Below, piece by piece: positions 11,151-25,254 of a stretch of DNA of 46,862 nucleotides. How positions within the stretch are numbered: the first letter of the stretch is position 1; every line of letters begins with the position of its first letter. Both the position numbers and the translations under genes were made by a program. The DNA comes from Jimgerdemannia flammicorona (taxonomy: Eukaryota): positions 1-46,862 of the forward strand of contig RBNJ01000051.1 in NCBI GenBank assembly GCA_003990765.1. Direction: 5' to 3'. The notes beneath the pieces were generated by a model that saw nothing but the letters and a program-made list of their open reading frames with translations, ran no database searches and was not told the DNA's origin.

Positions 11151-11295
11151 GTCTTATGCTGGTCTTCAGATTCTTTACCTGAGTTCTCGGGTTCTTCCTG
11201 TACATTGTGAGCTTCTACAATTTATACTCTTGATTCTTGGCAGTAGTTGCAAGTCCTACTCTCAACTGCAGACTGAAGGGAGGGACTTCAGCTAG

Positions 11296-12525
11296 CTATC
11301 TAAAAGTGGCATTGACCTTCTGTTCCTTGAGGTCCTTGTAGATGTCATACTGGTGGATCTTGGTCTTGCGCAGCTTCTGTTCTTTCTTGCTTTCACTTTC
11401 TTCTGAGACTGGAGTAGTGCCTTCAATAATTTGGCAGACAGCTTCATCTAACTCCATGTCTTGATCAATCTCCTTGGGTTGGGTCTTGCTTTGAATAGTG
11501 ACAGCTGGGGTCTTCTTTGGTCTTCCAACCAGCTTGCTGTTGCTCTTCTTATCATAGGGCTTGGACCAGGTTCTGGTACCTTCAGTAGCAGGGTAGAATT
11601 TGAGTTCCTCATAGTATTCTTCATCATCAGTATCACCAATCTCCTCAATGACTACTGCATTGGTTTGTTCTCTAGTTCTGCTAGCATTGCTTGATTGGGC
11701 TTTGCATCTTGTTTTGGTCATACAACTCTTTGCATAGTGGCCTTCTTCTTCACATCTGAAGTATGTAATATTGCATTCTTCTGTAGTAGCTGCAAATCTC
11801 TGCACTGGTCTCCTGTTGGCACTTTGGACTTCTCTAACAACATCACCAAGATGTGCAGTCATCTTAGCAAACTGCTTGGCAAGTTCTTCCACTGGGTCAG
11901 CTTTGGCTGTCTTGGGGGTAGGTGGGATTGGTTGTCTGTTTACAACTGTGACAGGTAAGATACTAGTTGGCTTTGATGGCTCCATCTTGATGCCAGTTAT
12001 TTTCTCCATTGAGTGTTTGGCAGGGTGTCTGGCTGTCCAATATCTCTGTGCAAAGACCACTTTCTGATCAAGGGTCAGTGCAGCTGGGGTAGACTGGATT
12101 GCTAGAGCAATTTCAGGGTGAACTCCTTTGAGGAAGGTTGAATCCACTATTTGTTCCTTGAGGCAGTCATCATAGCCAGCCAAGACAATCTGGTGGCAAA
12201 TTCAGATATAGAATGAGTTGGGATCTTTACTAAGTCTCTGGCAGATAGTTTTGAGTTGATCCTTGAGAGCTTGCTTGATCTCTTTGGTATAATATGTTGT
12301 TCTGAGGAAGATCTTCATGTTGGTAAGTTTGGCTGCACCAGCATCAGCAATGGTGGCTGTATTGAACTTGTCTCTGGCAGATCCTCTAAGGCTGACTGGT
12401 AGAAGGGCCAATTGAGCATCTACACCAAGGGCTTGTATGACAGCAAATTGTTCAAAGTCTTCAATGAAGGTCAGGATTGACTCTTCAGTAGTATATTTAT
12501 AGAATGTGGGGGGACACATTTCCAT
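11296..12525 (-). pseudogene. Gag with decayed CCHC knuckle, copy A
   Basis: PPTF...FIEDFE...SLRGSARDKF capsid-like region; ITYFRCEEEGHYAKSC. Confidence 0.85.
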
Positions 12526-12624
12526 CTTGTCTTGAATTCTTGCAGGGGTGACTCTTGTAGTCAGAGTAGTTGTTGTGGGGGTTGTTCGTTTTTCAGCTTA
12601 AAAGTGAGGGATTCATCTTGAATC

Positions 12625-12642
12625 ACCAGCCAATGGGCACCA
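12625..12642 (-). promoter_or_regulatory. Primer-binding site of copy A
   Basis: TGGTGCCCATTGGCTGGT, 3 nt after the 5' LTR; conserved in B (22247-22264) and decayed in C (33815-33832). Confidence 0.85.
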
Positions 12643-12645
12643 AGT

Positions 12646-14183
12646 TGTCATGTAGTGGTCGCTGAGTCCTTCAAATATGCCAGATTCTCTTCAAGGTATA
12701 TCTCTTAGACTAACTCAAGTTTGTTATAAGCAAGTTCTTATTGGAGTGCCTTCCCAAGATCTTATAGTCCTCAAACTTCTTATCTTTAACTATCTTGTTA
12801 TCTCTTAGATTGCTTGCAAGGAAGTGTGTGTAAGTGAAACTGGAACTGACTTTATTTCAGAGGAAATAAGAGGGGTATTTATACAAAATATAATTCAATG
12901 GTTGCTAAGATATAAAGCTAAATATAAATTCCATTAACTAAAACTACTAAGTTCCAGGGCTGGCTTTGATAGTTGTACAGGTTCAGGATGCTGACATTAT
13001 TTAGTATCACATCAAAATGCCGGTGCTGGAACAATTTTGCATCACCTCAGAATACCAGTGCTGGCATTATCCAGTGTTATATGAGAATACCGGTGCTGGC
13101 ATTATCCAGTATAACAAAGAACTTAGAGCAGAAAGTTCAAGATCATGGGGGCTTCATTATCATCATCACTGAAGGAGATGAGATCTATGAATTCATCATG
13201 TAGGTCACATGTTTTGTATACTTCAGGTATGTTGTGCGGGATGACATCATCAATGATGTTATCACATTCGGCTGTGGTGGGGAAATCAGAGACAAGGTCT
13301 GGAGCTCTCTAGTCTATGAGGTTCTCTTCTACAAAATAAGGAACAAATGTGGGGTCTTGGGGAGATCTAACCCAGATACTTGGGCCTTGGAATACTGAGA
13401 TCAATTCTTGCAGAAATTAATCTGGGTTGTCCTGAAGGATAGGATGCCAGAAGTCTTCTACTTCTTCACTGTTGAGGGTGATAGTGAACTGGGCTTCTGT
13501 AGCCACCCTGGCTTCTAGCGCATTGATTTGGCAAGATGACAGGTCTCTGAAGTCCAAGACTCTAACATACTCCAAGTTGGGGATCAACTATAGTGTATGC
13601 CTGAAGATCTGATGGATCTTCTTAGCTATCCTCATTTCGCATATATCCATAGGAGTGGCATCTTATAGCTCTTGGGTGCTGGCCTCTGGGAACTCCTGGC
13701 AGAGGAGGTTTCCTATTTCATACTCCTGCTACATTTGGAGGCATTCGGTAGCAATGGTGATCCTTGTTTTCATTTTGTGGCAGTAGAGAATAAAGTGATA
13801 AGGGTCTGCAGTACCCAGGTTGACACTAGGAGTCCTTCTTGAGCGGGTCCCCATGGCTCTTCTGATGTCTTGGAACATCCTTTCCTCAACTGAGATACCT
13901 TGGTGATTCCTTGACCTTGAGGTTTGGTGGATAGCAGGCATTTCATTTATGATAAGTCTTTGAGCTATTTAGGGATTAGTGGTTCTTATTAGTTGCTGCT
14001 ACTGTGGTTCCTTGATCCTTCTTTTATATTCTTCAGGATGTTTGTGCTGTGGTCACAATGACTCACAGTTGGTCATCATTACTCATCTTGTATACTGTAT
14101 GATCTTCTTGTACTTCGATTTGGTGACTTGCAAGAAAAGGCTGTCTCCTGTGCTGATATCATCATTCTGGGATCACTATTACA
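12646..14183 (-). repeat. 5' LTR of copy A (1538 bp), with U3 ORF remnant
   Basis: Plus strand tgtca...ttaca; adjacent to the PBS; TATAAA at ~12877-12882 (minus). Confidence 0.95.
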
Positions 14184-14357
14184 ATATATATCAGAGAAAT
14201 ATAAAAGATAACAATACTTACATATTGGTAGATAACAATTTCTCTATTTTTCTATTAATAATAATATAAATATTTTATATGTATCTTCTCACTTCAAAAT
14301 ATGTACAGACTTTATAGCTTCTCTATTTTGAGTTTTTCTTTTTCAAAGACTTTATAT

Positions 14358-14977
14358 ATATTTACTAACTTTATAAGATAAATATGAATTTCTATTCTAT
14401 TTATCTTGTTAAAGTGAAATCTTTAATCAGAATATTGTATAATTCTACTATAATGTCAATTAACAGCTGAGCAAATTATCATTATAGTTAAATACTATAA
14501 TTTTAAATAAATAATATAATAATTTAATTAATAAAATATTAAATAAACAAATCATACTTACTATTCTATCTTAGTAGTCTAATATATTATCTTATTTATC
14601 TATCTTGTCTAAAAAATGATATTATTGAAATATATATATAAAAATATCTAAAAGTGTTCTTGTTGTTATAATATTATAATTGAATATCTAATCAAAGAGC
14701 TTGTTATATCTTTTTGCTTAAAATTCTTTATATATTCTAAATTCTAAATATATTTAAAAAAAAAAAATTTATAAATATAAATCTCTTTATAATTATTTAG
14801 TTTAATTATTATTTATATTTAATATTTAACTTATATATTGAGTAAGAATATGTGAAGCAATATTATGAATCTATTCTCATACTATATAGTAAGCATAGTT
14901 AAATCTAATAGCTTTTCTAGAATTCTCAAAAATAGCTTCTGTAAGAATTGCATCAGAATATAGAGTATTTTGTCTAT
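14358..14977. repeat. AT-rich duplicated sequence, copy 1 (continues at 23775-24053 after element B)
   Basis: Inverted match to 31327-32231. Confidence 0.85.
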
Positions 14978-16569
14978 TGTTATATAGTGGTCGCTGAGTC
15001 CTTCAAATATACCAGATTCTCTTCAAGGTATATCTCTTAGACTAACTCAAGTTTGTTATAAGTAAGTTCTTATTGAAGTACCTTTCCAAGGTCTTATAGT
15101 TCTCAAACTTCTTATCTTTAAACTGTCTTGTTATCTCTTAGATTGCTTGCAAGGAAGTATATATATTGTACTGAGAGAGACTGACTTTATTTCAAAGAAA
15201 ATAAGAAGGGTATTTATATAAAATATATATAATTCGATGGTTGCTAAGATATAAAGCTAAATATAAATTCCAATAACTAAAATAAAATGCCAGAACAGGA
15301 AAAACTGCTAAGTTCCAGAGTCAGCACTAATGGTTGTATAGGTTCAGGATGCTGGTATAATTTTGGTAGTACAGAAAAATGGTGCTGGAATAATTCAGTA
15401 TTACATCAGAATACTAGTGCTGGCATAATTTAATATTATATCAGAATGCCAGTGCTGGTATAATTCAGTGTAACCAAAGGACTTTTAGAGTAGAATGTTC
15501 AAGACCATAGGGGCTTCATCCTCATCAGAGGTCAGGATATCTTCAAAGGAGATGAGGTCCACAAATTCATCATTATTACATAGGTTATATATTTTATATA
15601 TATCATACATCTCATGTATGTCACATGTGATGATGTTATCGCCAATGATGTCATCATGTTTAGCAGCAGCAGGAACAAGGAGGTCTGAGGCTCTTCAGTC
15701 TATGAGATTTTCTTCTACAAAATAGGAGACAAATGTGGGATCTTGGAGAGATCTGATCTGGATACTTGAGTCTTGGAATACTGAGATCAATCCTTGCAGG
15801 AATTGGTCTGGGTTGTCCTGGAGGATGGAATGCCAGAAGTCTTCTACTTCATCACTATTGAGGATGATAGTAGACTGGGCTTCTGTAGTCACCCTGGCTT
15901 CTAGTGTATTGATATAGTGGGCTGACAGGTCTCTGAAGTCTGAGACTTTAATATACTCCAAGTTGAGGATTGAGCATAGTGTATGCCTGAAGATCTGATA
16001 GATCTTCTTAGCTGTCTTTGTTTTATATATATCTATAAGAGTGGCATCTTGTAGCTCTTGAGTGCTGGCCTGTAGAAACTCCCAGCAGAGGAGGTTTCCT
16101 ATTTCATACTCCTGCCACATTTGGAGGTATTCAGTAGCAATGGTGATCCTTGTTTCCATTTCATAGCAGTAGAGAATGTAATGATAAGGGTCACCAGTAC
16201 TCAGGTTGACACTAGGAGTCCTTCTTGAGTGGGTCCTCATGGCTCTTCTGATGTCTTGGAACATCCTTTCTTTGACTGAGATACCTTGGTAATTCTTTGA
16301 CCTTGAGGTTTGGTAAGTAGCAGGCATTTTGTTTATAGTAAGTCTTTGAGCTATTTTGGGATTGGTGGATCTTATTGGTTGCTGCTACTGTGGTTTCTTG
16401 ATCCTTCTTTTATATTTCTCAAGATACCCATACTGTGGTCACAATGACTCACAGTTGGTCATCATTGCTCATCTTGTATACCATATAATCTTCTTGTACT
16501 CTGATCTGGTGGCTTACAAGAAAAGGCTGTCTCTTGTACTGATGTCATCATTCTGGGGTCACTATTACA
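14978..16569 (-). repeat. 3' LTR of copy B
   Basis: tgtta...ttaca, adjacent to the PPT; contains the 210-aa open stretch 15695-16327. Confidence 0.95.
15485..16327 (-). pseudogene. U3 ORF in copy B
   Basis: 210 aa uninterrupted, reading through the stop seen in A; continues into the acidic tail. Confidence 0.8.
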
Positions 16570-16882
16570 TCTTTCTCCTAAATAAGGATCTTCTTGAATG
16601 TCCTTGTTCATTGGTCTAGTCCTGAAAAATTTGCTGATCCCATAACCTCTGACAAGGGGTCAAAAAGTGGTATTTATGAGCTGGCATCTTCTCTTTGTAT
16701 TTTGGTGTAATGGTGAAGAGTCACTCTCTTCATATAGAACAAGAGCTTGATTCTGATCTTGACCAATCAGTTGATGGTTCAAACTCCTCTGGCTTCAAAA
16801 GTCTCATGGATGAGTAGTTGCTGGTGCTATATCTCTTAGAGAATGGTCCAAACAGATAGCCTACTAGTCATGAAATATACTG

Positions 16883-19800
16883 TTATAATTCACAGACTAG
16901 AACCTCATGAGTGGTCATCATATTTTGCTTCTCTTATATAGGTTCATGGTACTTCTTGAGTCTGTTCCTATATACTATAGTAGGCAGTATAGTCTCTAAG
17001 ATTTTTCTAAGCCAGCAGGTAGTTCTCTTAATATCTTGCATATAGAAGAGTCCTTTCTATTTAGGCTCTAGTTTTTGTAACTATAAGACTTCTACCATAT
17101 TTCAATACAGTAGGACCTTTTCTTCAATTTGGATGGGTTCTAGGATCTTGTGATTCTTTTCTGCATTCTTCTTTGTCAGTACTTGTAACTTGATGATATA
17201 ATCATCAGCCTTCTCTCTGATTTGGTGTAGTCTCCAGATTTCTGCATCTACTTATCTCCAAGTTAGGTCTAGATTTGTAGCTGAGACTCCATCAGAATCT
17301 TCTTCTCTGAAGAGCAGTTCTCTTGGGGTAAAGTGTGTGCTCTGTGACTGTATGTCTTGTAGGATAGAGGGGATAGTTGAGAGGTAGTTATCTCAAATTC
17401 TTGTATTTGTCTAAGATCTTCACCAGGATGTTCTTGAGGGTCTTATTGGTTCTCTCTATCTGTCTGTTTCCTTGAGGGTGGTACATGGTAGTCTTGATGT
17501 ACTGAATCCTATATTTCTGATATATTATCTCATAGAATCCATTGACAAATTCTGTGCCACAGTCTGTTGTAATTTGCTTCAGTATCTTGTAGCAGCAGAT
17601 GATTTCTCAGTGCAGGAAGTCAGCTATAGAGAGGGCATTGGCTTCTTGTAATACTCTTGCTTCTATCTATTTAGTAAAGAGGTCTATAATATGTAACTAT
17701 AATATAGCAGTTTCCTGATAGTGTTACTAGTAGTAGTCCAATGATATCCATTGCAATGTGGTAGAAGGGGATAGGCTCAATTCTTGATAACCCAGATATC
17801 TAGTCTTACTGATCTTGTTTCTGTTTTAGGCACTTATTACACCCTTTGACAAATTGGCATAGGTCTTCTTCTATTTTGGGCCACTACATGGTTCTTATTA
17901 CTTTATTATATATATGTATTGGTTCCTCCTAAGTATCCTTATTCATATACTTTCTTCATTACTTGATACTTCTTATGTTTGGGTATTACTAGCTTTTCTT
18001 CTTTTCTGAGTATAGTATTGTCTAGTTCAAACTGTTTCCAAGTCCAGTTGATGATAGTGATTATCCAGAGTTTGAGGTGGTTGAGCATCTTCCACTGCCT
18101 AAGATAGCTAATTAATCCATAGTATAACTTCTTATTTATGTTGAATAGTCTTGATGGGGGTGTTTTGGGGTATCCTTGAGAGTGCATCAGCATTGGTATT
18201 GGTTCTTTCTGAGTGGTGCTTGACAGTACAGTCATACTATTGCAGTCTGTAGATCCATCTGGCATATATTCCTTTGGGGTTCAAAGTGTGGAATAGCCAG
18301 ACAAGAGCGGAATGGTCTGTTTGAACAGTGAAGTGTTTCCCAGCTAGGTAGTAGTGGAAATTGTCTACTGCCCAAACTACTGCTATGTATTTGAGCTTGC
18401 ATGACTTATAGTTCTGTTCTGCTCTATGGGTACCTTGGCTTGCATAGGAGATGACATATTTATTTCCATCTTTCTTCTGAGCTAGGACTGCTCCAAGTCC
18501 TATAGCACTTACATCTGTCTGCAGGATAAATTCTAGGTTCCAATCTGATCTTCTGAGGATAGGTGCTTGGGTCAATCTGGTCTTGAGTTCATTGAAGATT
18601 TCTTGGCATTTCTTGGTCTATTTGAATTTGGTTTCCTTCTTCAGTAGCTCATAGATAGGTGCTGAAATGTTAGAGTATCCTTTGATGAATCTTCTATAAT
18701 AGCTGGCCAGTTCAAGGAAGACATGGACTTCTGTAGTTGTTCTGGGTCTCAGATAGGCTGCAATAGTCTCAATCTTTATAGAGTCTATATGGGTTTCGGT
18801 CTGGTTGATAAGGTGTCCTAGGTAGGTAATTTTCTGAGCTACAAACTTACATTTCTTTGGCTTGATATAGAGGCCATGCTCCTTGAGCTTCTTGTAAGCT
18901 AGCTGTATGTGATTGACATGTTCCCATGCAGTATTGCTGAAGATGATCACATCATCAATATGGATAAAGAGCTATTTTCCAATCTCATTGCTGAAGACTC
19001 TGTTCATCATTCACTAGAAACTTGCTGGGGCATTGTACATTCCAAATGGCATTTGCAAGTAGATATAGATGGCATCAGGTATGATGAAGGCTGATTTCTC
19101 ACTGGTATCTTGAGTGAGACCAATCTGATGGAAGTCTGAGAACAGATCTAAGGTAGTATAGTATTTGGCTTTGCTTCCAAAGGTAGTAAGGATTTCTTGA
19201 ATATTTGGCAAGGGCTGTCTATCCTTCTTGGTGATTACATTGAGCTTTCTGTAGTCAATGCAGAGTCTTAGTGCAAATTCTCCAGACTTGCTTTCTTTCT
19301 TTAGGGCAAGGACAATGGGTAAAGCCCAGGGACTGATAGCTTGCTTGATGATTCTGGCTTCTTCCATTTCCTTGAGTTCTGCTCACAGCCATTCTCTGTA
19401 GGCAAGTGGTATAGGTCTGACTTTCTGGTAGATGGGCTTGGTATCACCAGTGTCAACTTCATAGTAGTACTTGGGTTCTTGATTGTGGATATCCCTGAAG
19501 TCTGTAGCAAGTACTCCTTCATTCTGATACAGGACCTTGAGAAATTGTTCTTCTAGAGGAAGGTTTTCTCCAATAGTATATGTGTACTTATTCTTGTCTC
19601 TGTTTTTCTTATACTTAAGTTCGGTAATCTTGGTGATGGTATAGACTCCTCTTCCAGTAAATCCAAAGCCTTGTTATTCTCTCTTAGTCTTGATGAGTTC
19701 AATGGCTTCAGTTATCTTGGGCTTCTTGATTTCATGGATCAGCATCTGGTCAATCCTATCATGCTTCTTGACTTCAAATGGGGTGGTGGGGTTGTGATTC

Positions 19801-22152
19801 CTGACTATGAGGAAGATCTTGCTATGTAATCAGGGTCAATTACTCCTCCTTCAACTGAGATTTCACTTTTGGTCAGACTGCTCCTGGTCTTAATAATTCT
19901 GGTATAGTTCTCTGGCAACTTGACTCTAATTCCAGTACCAAGTAGGATTGTGGTCTGTGGTTTGAGGGTAGCATCTTGAATGTTGGCAAGGTCTATTCCT
20001 ATGGCTCCTTCAGTCTTGTATTCTGAGATCTTGGCTTCAGAGTGAAACTTCTTGACCTTGAGAGTGATATCTGATTCTTGTTCCTCCTCATCATTACTGT
20101 CAGCTTGAAGCTTGGGGGGACTTGTCATCTACTTTAGCTTTTCTTTTTGCTTCAGTGGCTTCTTGCTCATATTTCTGTTGACAGATTTTCCTGACTTTAC
20201 TGGTACAGGACCAGCAGTCATTCAGGTGTACCATGGGGGCATCTTCCTTAAGGGGTATAGTCATTGATGATCTTGTTGTACCACTGCTCATCTGTGAGCT
20301 TGGGTATCTTATTCTTGTTCTTGTTCACCAAGTACATGAAGACTTCTGTGTCCTCTTCATCTCCTTTCTTCATATCTTGTAGAACTCCTTTGTGGATATT
20401 GATAGAGACTCATACCTTTCTTCCTCTATAGTTGATCTGCATCTTCTGGGCATTGAGGTCAATGATGGCCTTGGCCTTGTGAAGCCATTGGTTGCCAATG
20501 AGGATATGTATCATAGTTGGTGGTGCTTATAACAATCACATCTACTGAGATGGTAGCTCCTCCTACCTTGATGGAGACTTCTCAGATTTTGCCAAAGAGG
20601 GTAGCTCATATACCATCTGCTGTAACATAGACCATCTTGATGGACTCTTCAATGTCTCAGCCCAGGCAGTCAATTGTCTTCTTGCTTATAAGATATCCTC
20701 CAGCACTAGTATCAATGATGGCATCCAAGATACAATCTTTGATCTGATATGGGGTATAGGCTGATATCTTATGCTGGTCTTTGGATTCTTTACCTGAGTC
20801 TTCTGATTCTTTCTGTACATTGTGAGCTTCTATAATCTTATACTCTTGATTCTTGGCAGTAGTTGCAAGTCCTACTCTCAACTGCTATCTGAAGGCAGGG
20901 ACTTCAGCTAACTGTCCAAAAGTAGTATTGATCTTCTGTTCCTTGAGGTCCTTGTAGATATTATACTGGTGGATCTTGGTCTTGCACAGCTTCTATTTCT
21001 TCTTACTTTTGCTTTCTCCTGAAACTGGAATAGTGCCTTTAATGATTTGGTGGACAGCTTCATCTAACTCCATATCTTGAATAATCTTCTCTGGTTGAGT
21101 CTTACTTTGGATAGTAATAGCTGGGGTCTTCTTTAGTCTTCCAACTAGTTTACTATTGCTCTTCTCAATATAGGGCTTTGACCAGGTTCTGGTACCTTCA
21201 GGAGCAGGATAGAATTTGAGCTCCTCATAGTATTCTTCATCATCAGTATCACTAATCTCCTCAATGACTACTGTATTGGTATGTTCTCTGGTTCTGCTAG
21301 AATTGCTTGGTTGGGCTTTGTGTCATGTTTCGGTCATACAATTCTTTGCATAGTGGCCTTCTTCTCTACATCTAAAGCATATGATATTGCATTCTTCTGT
21401 AGTAGCTGCAAATCTCTGCACAGATCTCCTGTTGGTACTTCAGACTTCTCTAACAATATTACCAAGGTGTCTAGTCATCTTAGTGAACTACTTGGCAAGT
21501 TCCTCCACTGGGTCGGCTTTGGTTATCTTGGGGGTAGGTGGGGAAGGTTGTCTGTTTACAACTGTGGCAGATATGATACTAGTTGGCTATGATAGCTCTA
21601 TCTTAATACCAGTTATTTTCTCCATTGAGTGTTCAGCAGGATGTCTGGCAGTCTAATATCTCTGTGCAAAGACTACTTTCTGATCAAGGGTCAGTGTAGC
21701 TGGGGTAGACTGGATTGTTAGGGCAAATTCAGAGTGAACTCCTTTGAGGAAGGTTGAATCTGCTATTTGTTCCTTGAGGGCATCATCATAGCTAGCCAAG
21801 ACAATCTGGGGGCAGATTCAGGTATAGAATGAGTTGGGATCTTCACTAAGTCTCTAGCAGATATGTAGTATTGAGTTGATCCTTAAGAGCTTGCTTGATC
21901 TCTTTAGTATAGTATATTGTTCTGAGAAAGGCCTTCATATTGGAAAGTTTGGTGCACTATTAACAGCAATAGTGACTGTATTGAACTTGTCTCTGGCAGA
22001 TCCTCTGAGGCTGATGGGTAGAAGGGCCAATTGTGCATCCACACCAAGGGCATGTATAGTAGTGAATTGTTCAAAGTCTTCAATAAAGATCAGGATTGAC
22101 TCTTTAGTAGTATATATATCTATAGAATGTGGGGGGGTATATTTCTATCTTG
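16883..22152 (-). pseudogene. gag-PR-Zn module-dUTPase-RT-RH-IN of copy B
   Basis: Fragments 20657-20881 (PR, IIDTSAGG), 19805-20128 (dUTPase), 19014-19367 and 18618-18950 (RT), 18237-18575 (RNase H). Confidence 0.93.
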
Positions 22153-22267
22153 TCTTGAATTCTTGCAGGGATGACTCTTGTAGTCAGGGTAATTGTTGTG
22201 GGGTTTTTCATTTTTCAGCTTGAAAGTGAGGGATTCATCTTGAATCACCAGCCAATGGGCACCAAGT

Positions 22268-23774
22268 TATCATGTAGTGGTCACTGAGTTCTTCAAATAT
22301 ACTAGATTCTCTTCAAGGTATATCTTTTAGACTAACTCAAGTTTGTTATAAGCAAGTTCTTATTAGAGTACCTTTCCAAGGTCTTATAGACCTCAAACGT
22401 CTTATCTTTAAACTATCTTATTATCTCTTAGATTGCTTGCAAGGAAGTGTGTATATTGCACTGAGAGGAACTGACTTTATTTTAGAGGAAATAAAAGGGG
22501 TATATATACAAAATATAATTCAATTGTTGCTAAGATATAAAGCTAAATATAAATTCTAATAACTAAAATAAAATGCCAGAACAGGAAAAACTGCTAAGTT
22601 CCAGGATCAGTACTAATGGTTGTACAGGTTCAGGATACTGGTATAATTTCAATAGTATAGAAAAATGATGCTAAAATAATTCAGTGTTACATCAGAATAC
22701 CAGTACTGGTATAATTCAGTATAACCAAAGAACTTTTAGAGTAGAATGTTCAAGACCATAGAGACTTCATCCTCATCAGAGATCAGGATGTCTTCGAAGG
22801 AGATGAGGTCTATAAATTCATCATCATCATATAGGTCATGTGTTTCATATATATCACATGTCTCATGTATGTCACATATGATGATGTCATTGGTAATGAC
22901 ATCATCACATTTGGTGGCAGTGGGAACAAGGAGGTCTGGGGCTCTCCAGTCTATGAGGTTCTCTTTTACAAAATAGGGGACAAATGTGGGGTCTTAGAGA
23001 GGTCTGACCTGGATGCTTGGATCTTGGAATACTGAGATCAATCCTTGCAGGAATTGGTCTGAGTTGTCCTGGAGAATGGGATGCCAGAAGTCTTCTACTT
23101 CATCACTATTGAGGGTTATAGTAGACTGACAGGTCTCTGAAGTCTGAGACTCTAACATACTCCAAGTTGGGAATTAATCATAGTACATGCCTGAAGATCT
23201 GATAGATCTTCTTAGCTGTCCTTATTTCACATATATCTATGGGAGTGGTATCTTGTAGCTCTTGAGTGCTGGCCTGTGGGAACTTTCAGCAGAGGAGGTT
23301 TCCTATTTCATACTCCTGCCATATTTGGAGGCATTTGGTAGCAATAGTGATCCTTGTTTCCATTTCACAATAGTAGAGGATATAATAATAAGAGTCACTA
23401 GTATCTAGGTTGACACTAGGAGTTCTTTTTGAGTGGGTCCTCATGGCTCTTCTGATGTCTTAGAACATTCTTTCTTTGACTGAGGTGTCTTGGTAGTTCT
23501 TTGACCTTGAGGTTTGGTGAGCAGCAGGCATTTCATTTGTAGTAAGTCTTTGAGCTCTTTTTGGGATTGGTGGGTCTTGTTGGTTGCTACTACTGTGGTT
23601 CCTTGATCCTTCTTTTAAATTTCTCAAGATACCCATACTGTGGTCACAATAACTCACAGTTGGTCATCATTACTCATCTTGTATACTGTATGATCTTTTT
23701 GTGCTCTGATCTGGTAGCTTGTAAGAAAAAGCTGTCTCCTGTGCTAATGTCATCATTCTGGGATCACTATTACA
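22268..23774 (-). repeat. 5' LTR of copy B
   Basis: tatca (decayed tgtca)...ttaca; lacks one tandem unit and has an internal deletion near 23127. Confidence 0.93.
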
Positions 23775-24159
23775 CTATTAAATATATCTTATTCTGTAAT
23801 CTTATCTTTATTATCTAAAAGATCTGATCCAACTATAGCCTGCTCTTCTTCAAGTAGTTTTTGTATAATAAAATCAGATATTTTTGATCTAAAATATAAA
23901 AAATAATAAATTATAATTATTAAATATATATATTATTCTTGAATATCTGCCTTAGTATATACTTGTCTAATTTCAATTTTTGAGATTAGTTATTGATAAC
24001 TAATTTTTTAATTAGTGGCAAATCTATAATTAGTATATAGAAGAAGAAAATCTTTACTATAGACTATATATTTATTGTATAATTTCTATAACAAAAAATA
24101 CAATTGATTGGTTAGTTATTTAGTTTAAGAAATTAATTAATATAGGCTCCAACCCAATT

Positions 24160-24590
24160 TCATCTATAATATAAGCTAAGTTTGAAGCAATATAGATTTG
24201 GAGTATTGATAAGTTTGAGAGCTATCTGTAATTTAAGCTGAAGTAGTATCTGTCTATTATTCTCTTTGGCATTCATGTCTATCCTGATCTTATTTATAAT
24301 TCAAGCTGAATCACTTTATATCTGTAATTCAAGCTGAAGTAGCATCTGTTCATCATTCAAATTCAACTCAATCTCATCTATAATTCAAGCTTAAGTGTAG
24401 CATCTGTCTATTATTTATATTTACCTTATCTATAATTCAAACTATCCATTATTCTTCTTGACATTTATATCTATCCTAATCTTGTTTGAAATTCAAGATC
24501 TGTCTATTATTTACATATATCTTATCTGTAATTCAAACTGTCTATTATTCTATTATTTACATCAACTCTGATCTGATCTTTACTCTACTA
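24160..24590 (-). repeat. Satellite block 4
   Basis: Repeats of atctgtaattcaagctgaagtagcatctgt; minus strand reads DMNAKENNRQILLQL near 24235-24280. Confidence 0.8.
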
Positions 24591-25254
24591 TATTATTATA
24601 ATAGATTTTTAGCTTATCTTACATTCATTAACTATTTTCTTTATTGATTTTCAAGCCTTCTTGTTTCTGCTATATTTTTCTAATAAGCTACTTTCAACTT
24701 AAAATATTGTATCCTCTATAGTATATAAAGTTGGTACTTTTGGAAGAAAATGTAGTATTGTTGATATTGATAACTCTGGTGATTTTATAATAGTTGACTT
24801 TATAGTTAGTATTTGTACTGCTGTCTTTATTGATACTTCTCTCCAAACTTTACCTCTATAACTTAAACATAAATAATCTGAAAATGACTTTTTATCTAAT
24901 AGTCTATTTTACCATTTTTCTACATCTTTTCATCTAAAATCAATTGCTGTAAGCTTTTTAGTTTGATTTTACAGTTGCTGATCTTTTGAAATTGGCTGCA
25001 CCATTCACTCATAATTAGGAACTTTATAAAGATCAAACAAACTGTCTAATAAATTCTACTTTTTTCCTATTTTATATAATTTCTTCATTTCTGGTAATAG
25101 ATATTTGTTGATAATATCTATAATAGCCTTAAGTTTACTAATAGAAGGTTGAGAACATACTAAGTCAAGATCAATACCATAAAGTCTTACAAGCTTAGAT
25201 AGATTATTGAGATTATTAAAAGATAACAAGAAAGCAGCAGACATTAAGGAGACA

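Larger units (their letters stand above)
5023..14183 (-). mobile_element. Ty3/Gypsy LTR retrotransposon, family 1, copy A (full length, degenerate)
   Basis: Two 1538-bp LTRs, PBS, PPT, order gag-PR-Zn module-dUTPase-RT-RH-IN; flanks acat (5019-5022) and atat (14184-14187). Confidence 0.97.
14978..23774 (-). mobile_element. Ty3/Gypsy family 1, copy B (full length, more decayed)
   Basis: LTRs 14978-16569 and 22268-23774; exact 4-bp TSD ctat (14974-14977, 23775-23778); same domain order as A. Confidence 0.97.

Noticed and set aside
9712-12067. Plus-strand ORFs (9712-10230, 10450-10686, 11461-12067)
   Set aside because: Antisense shadows of gag/pol; their hydrophobicity reflects strand composition.
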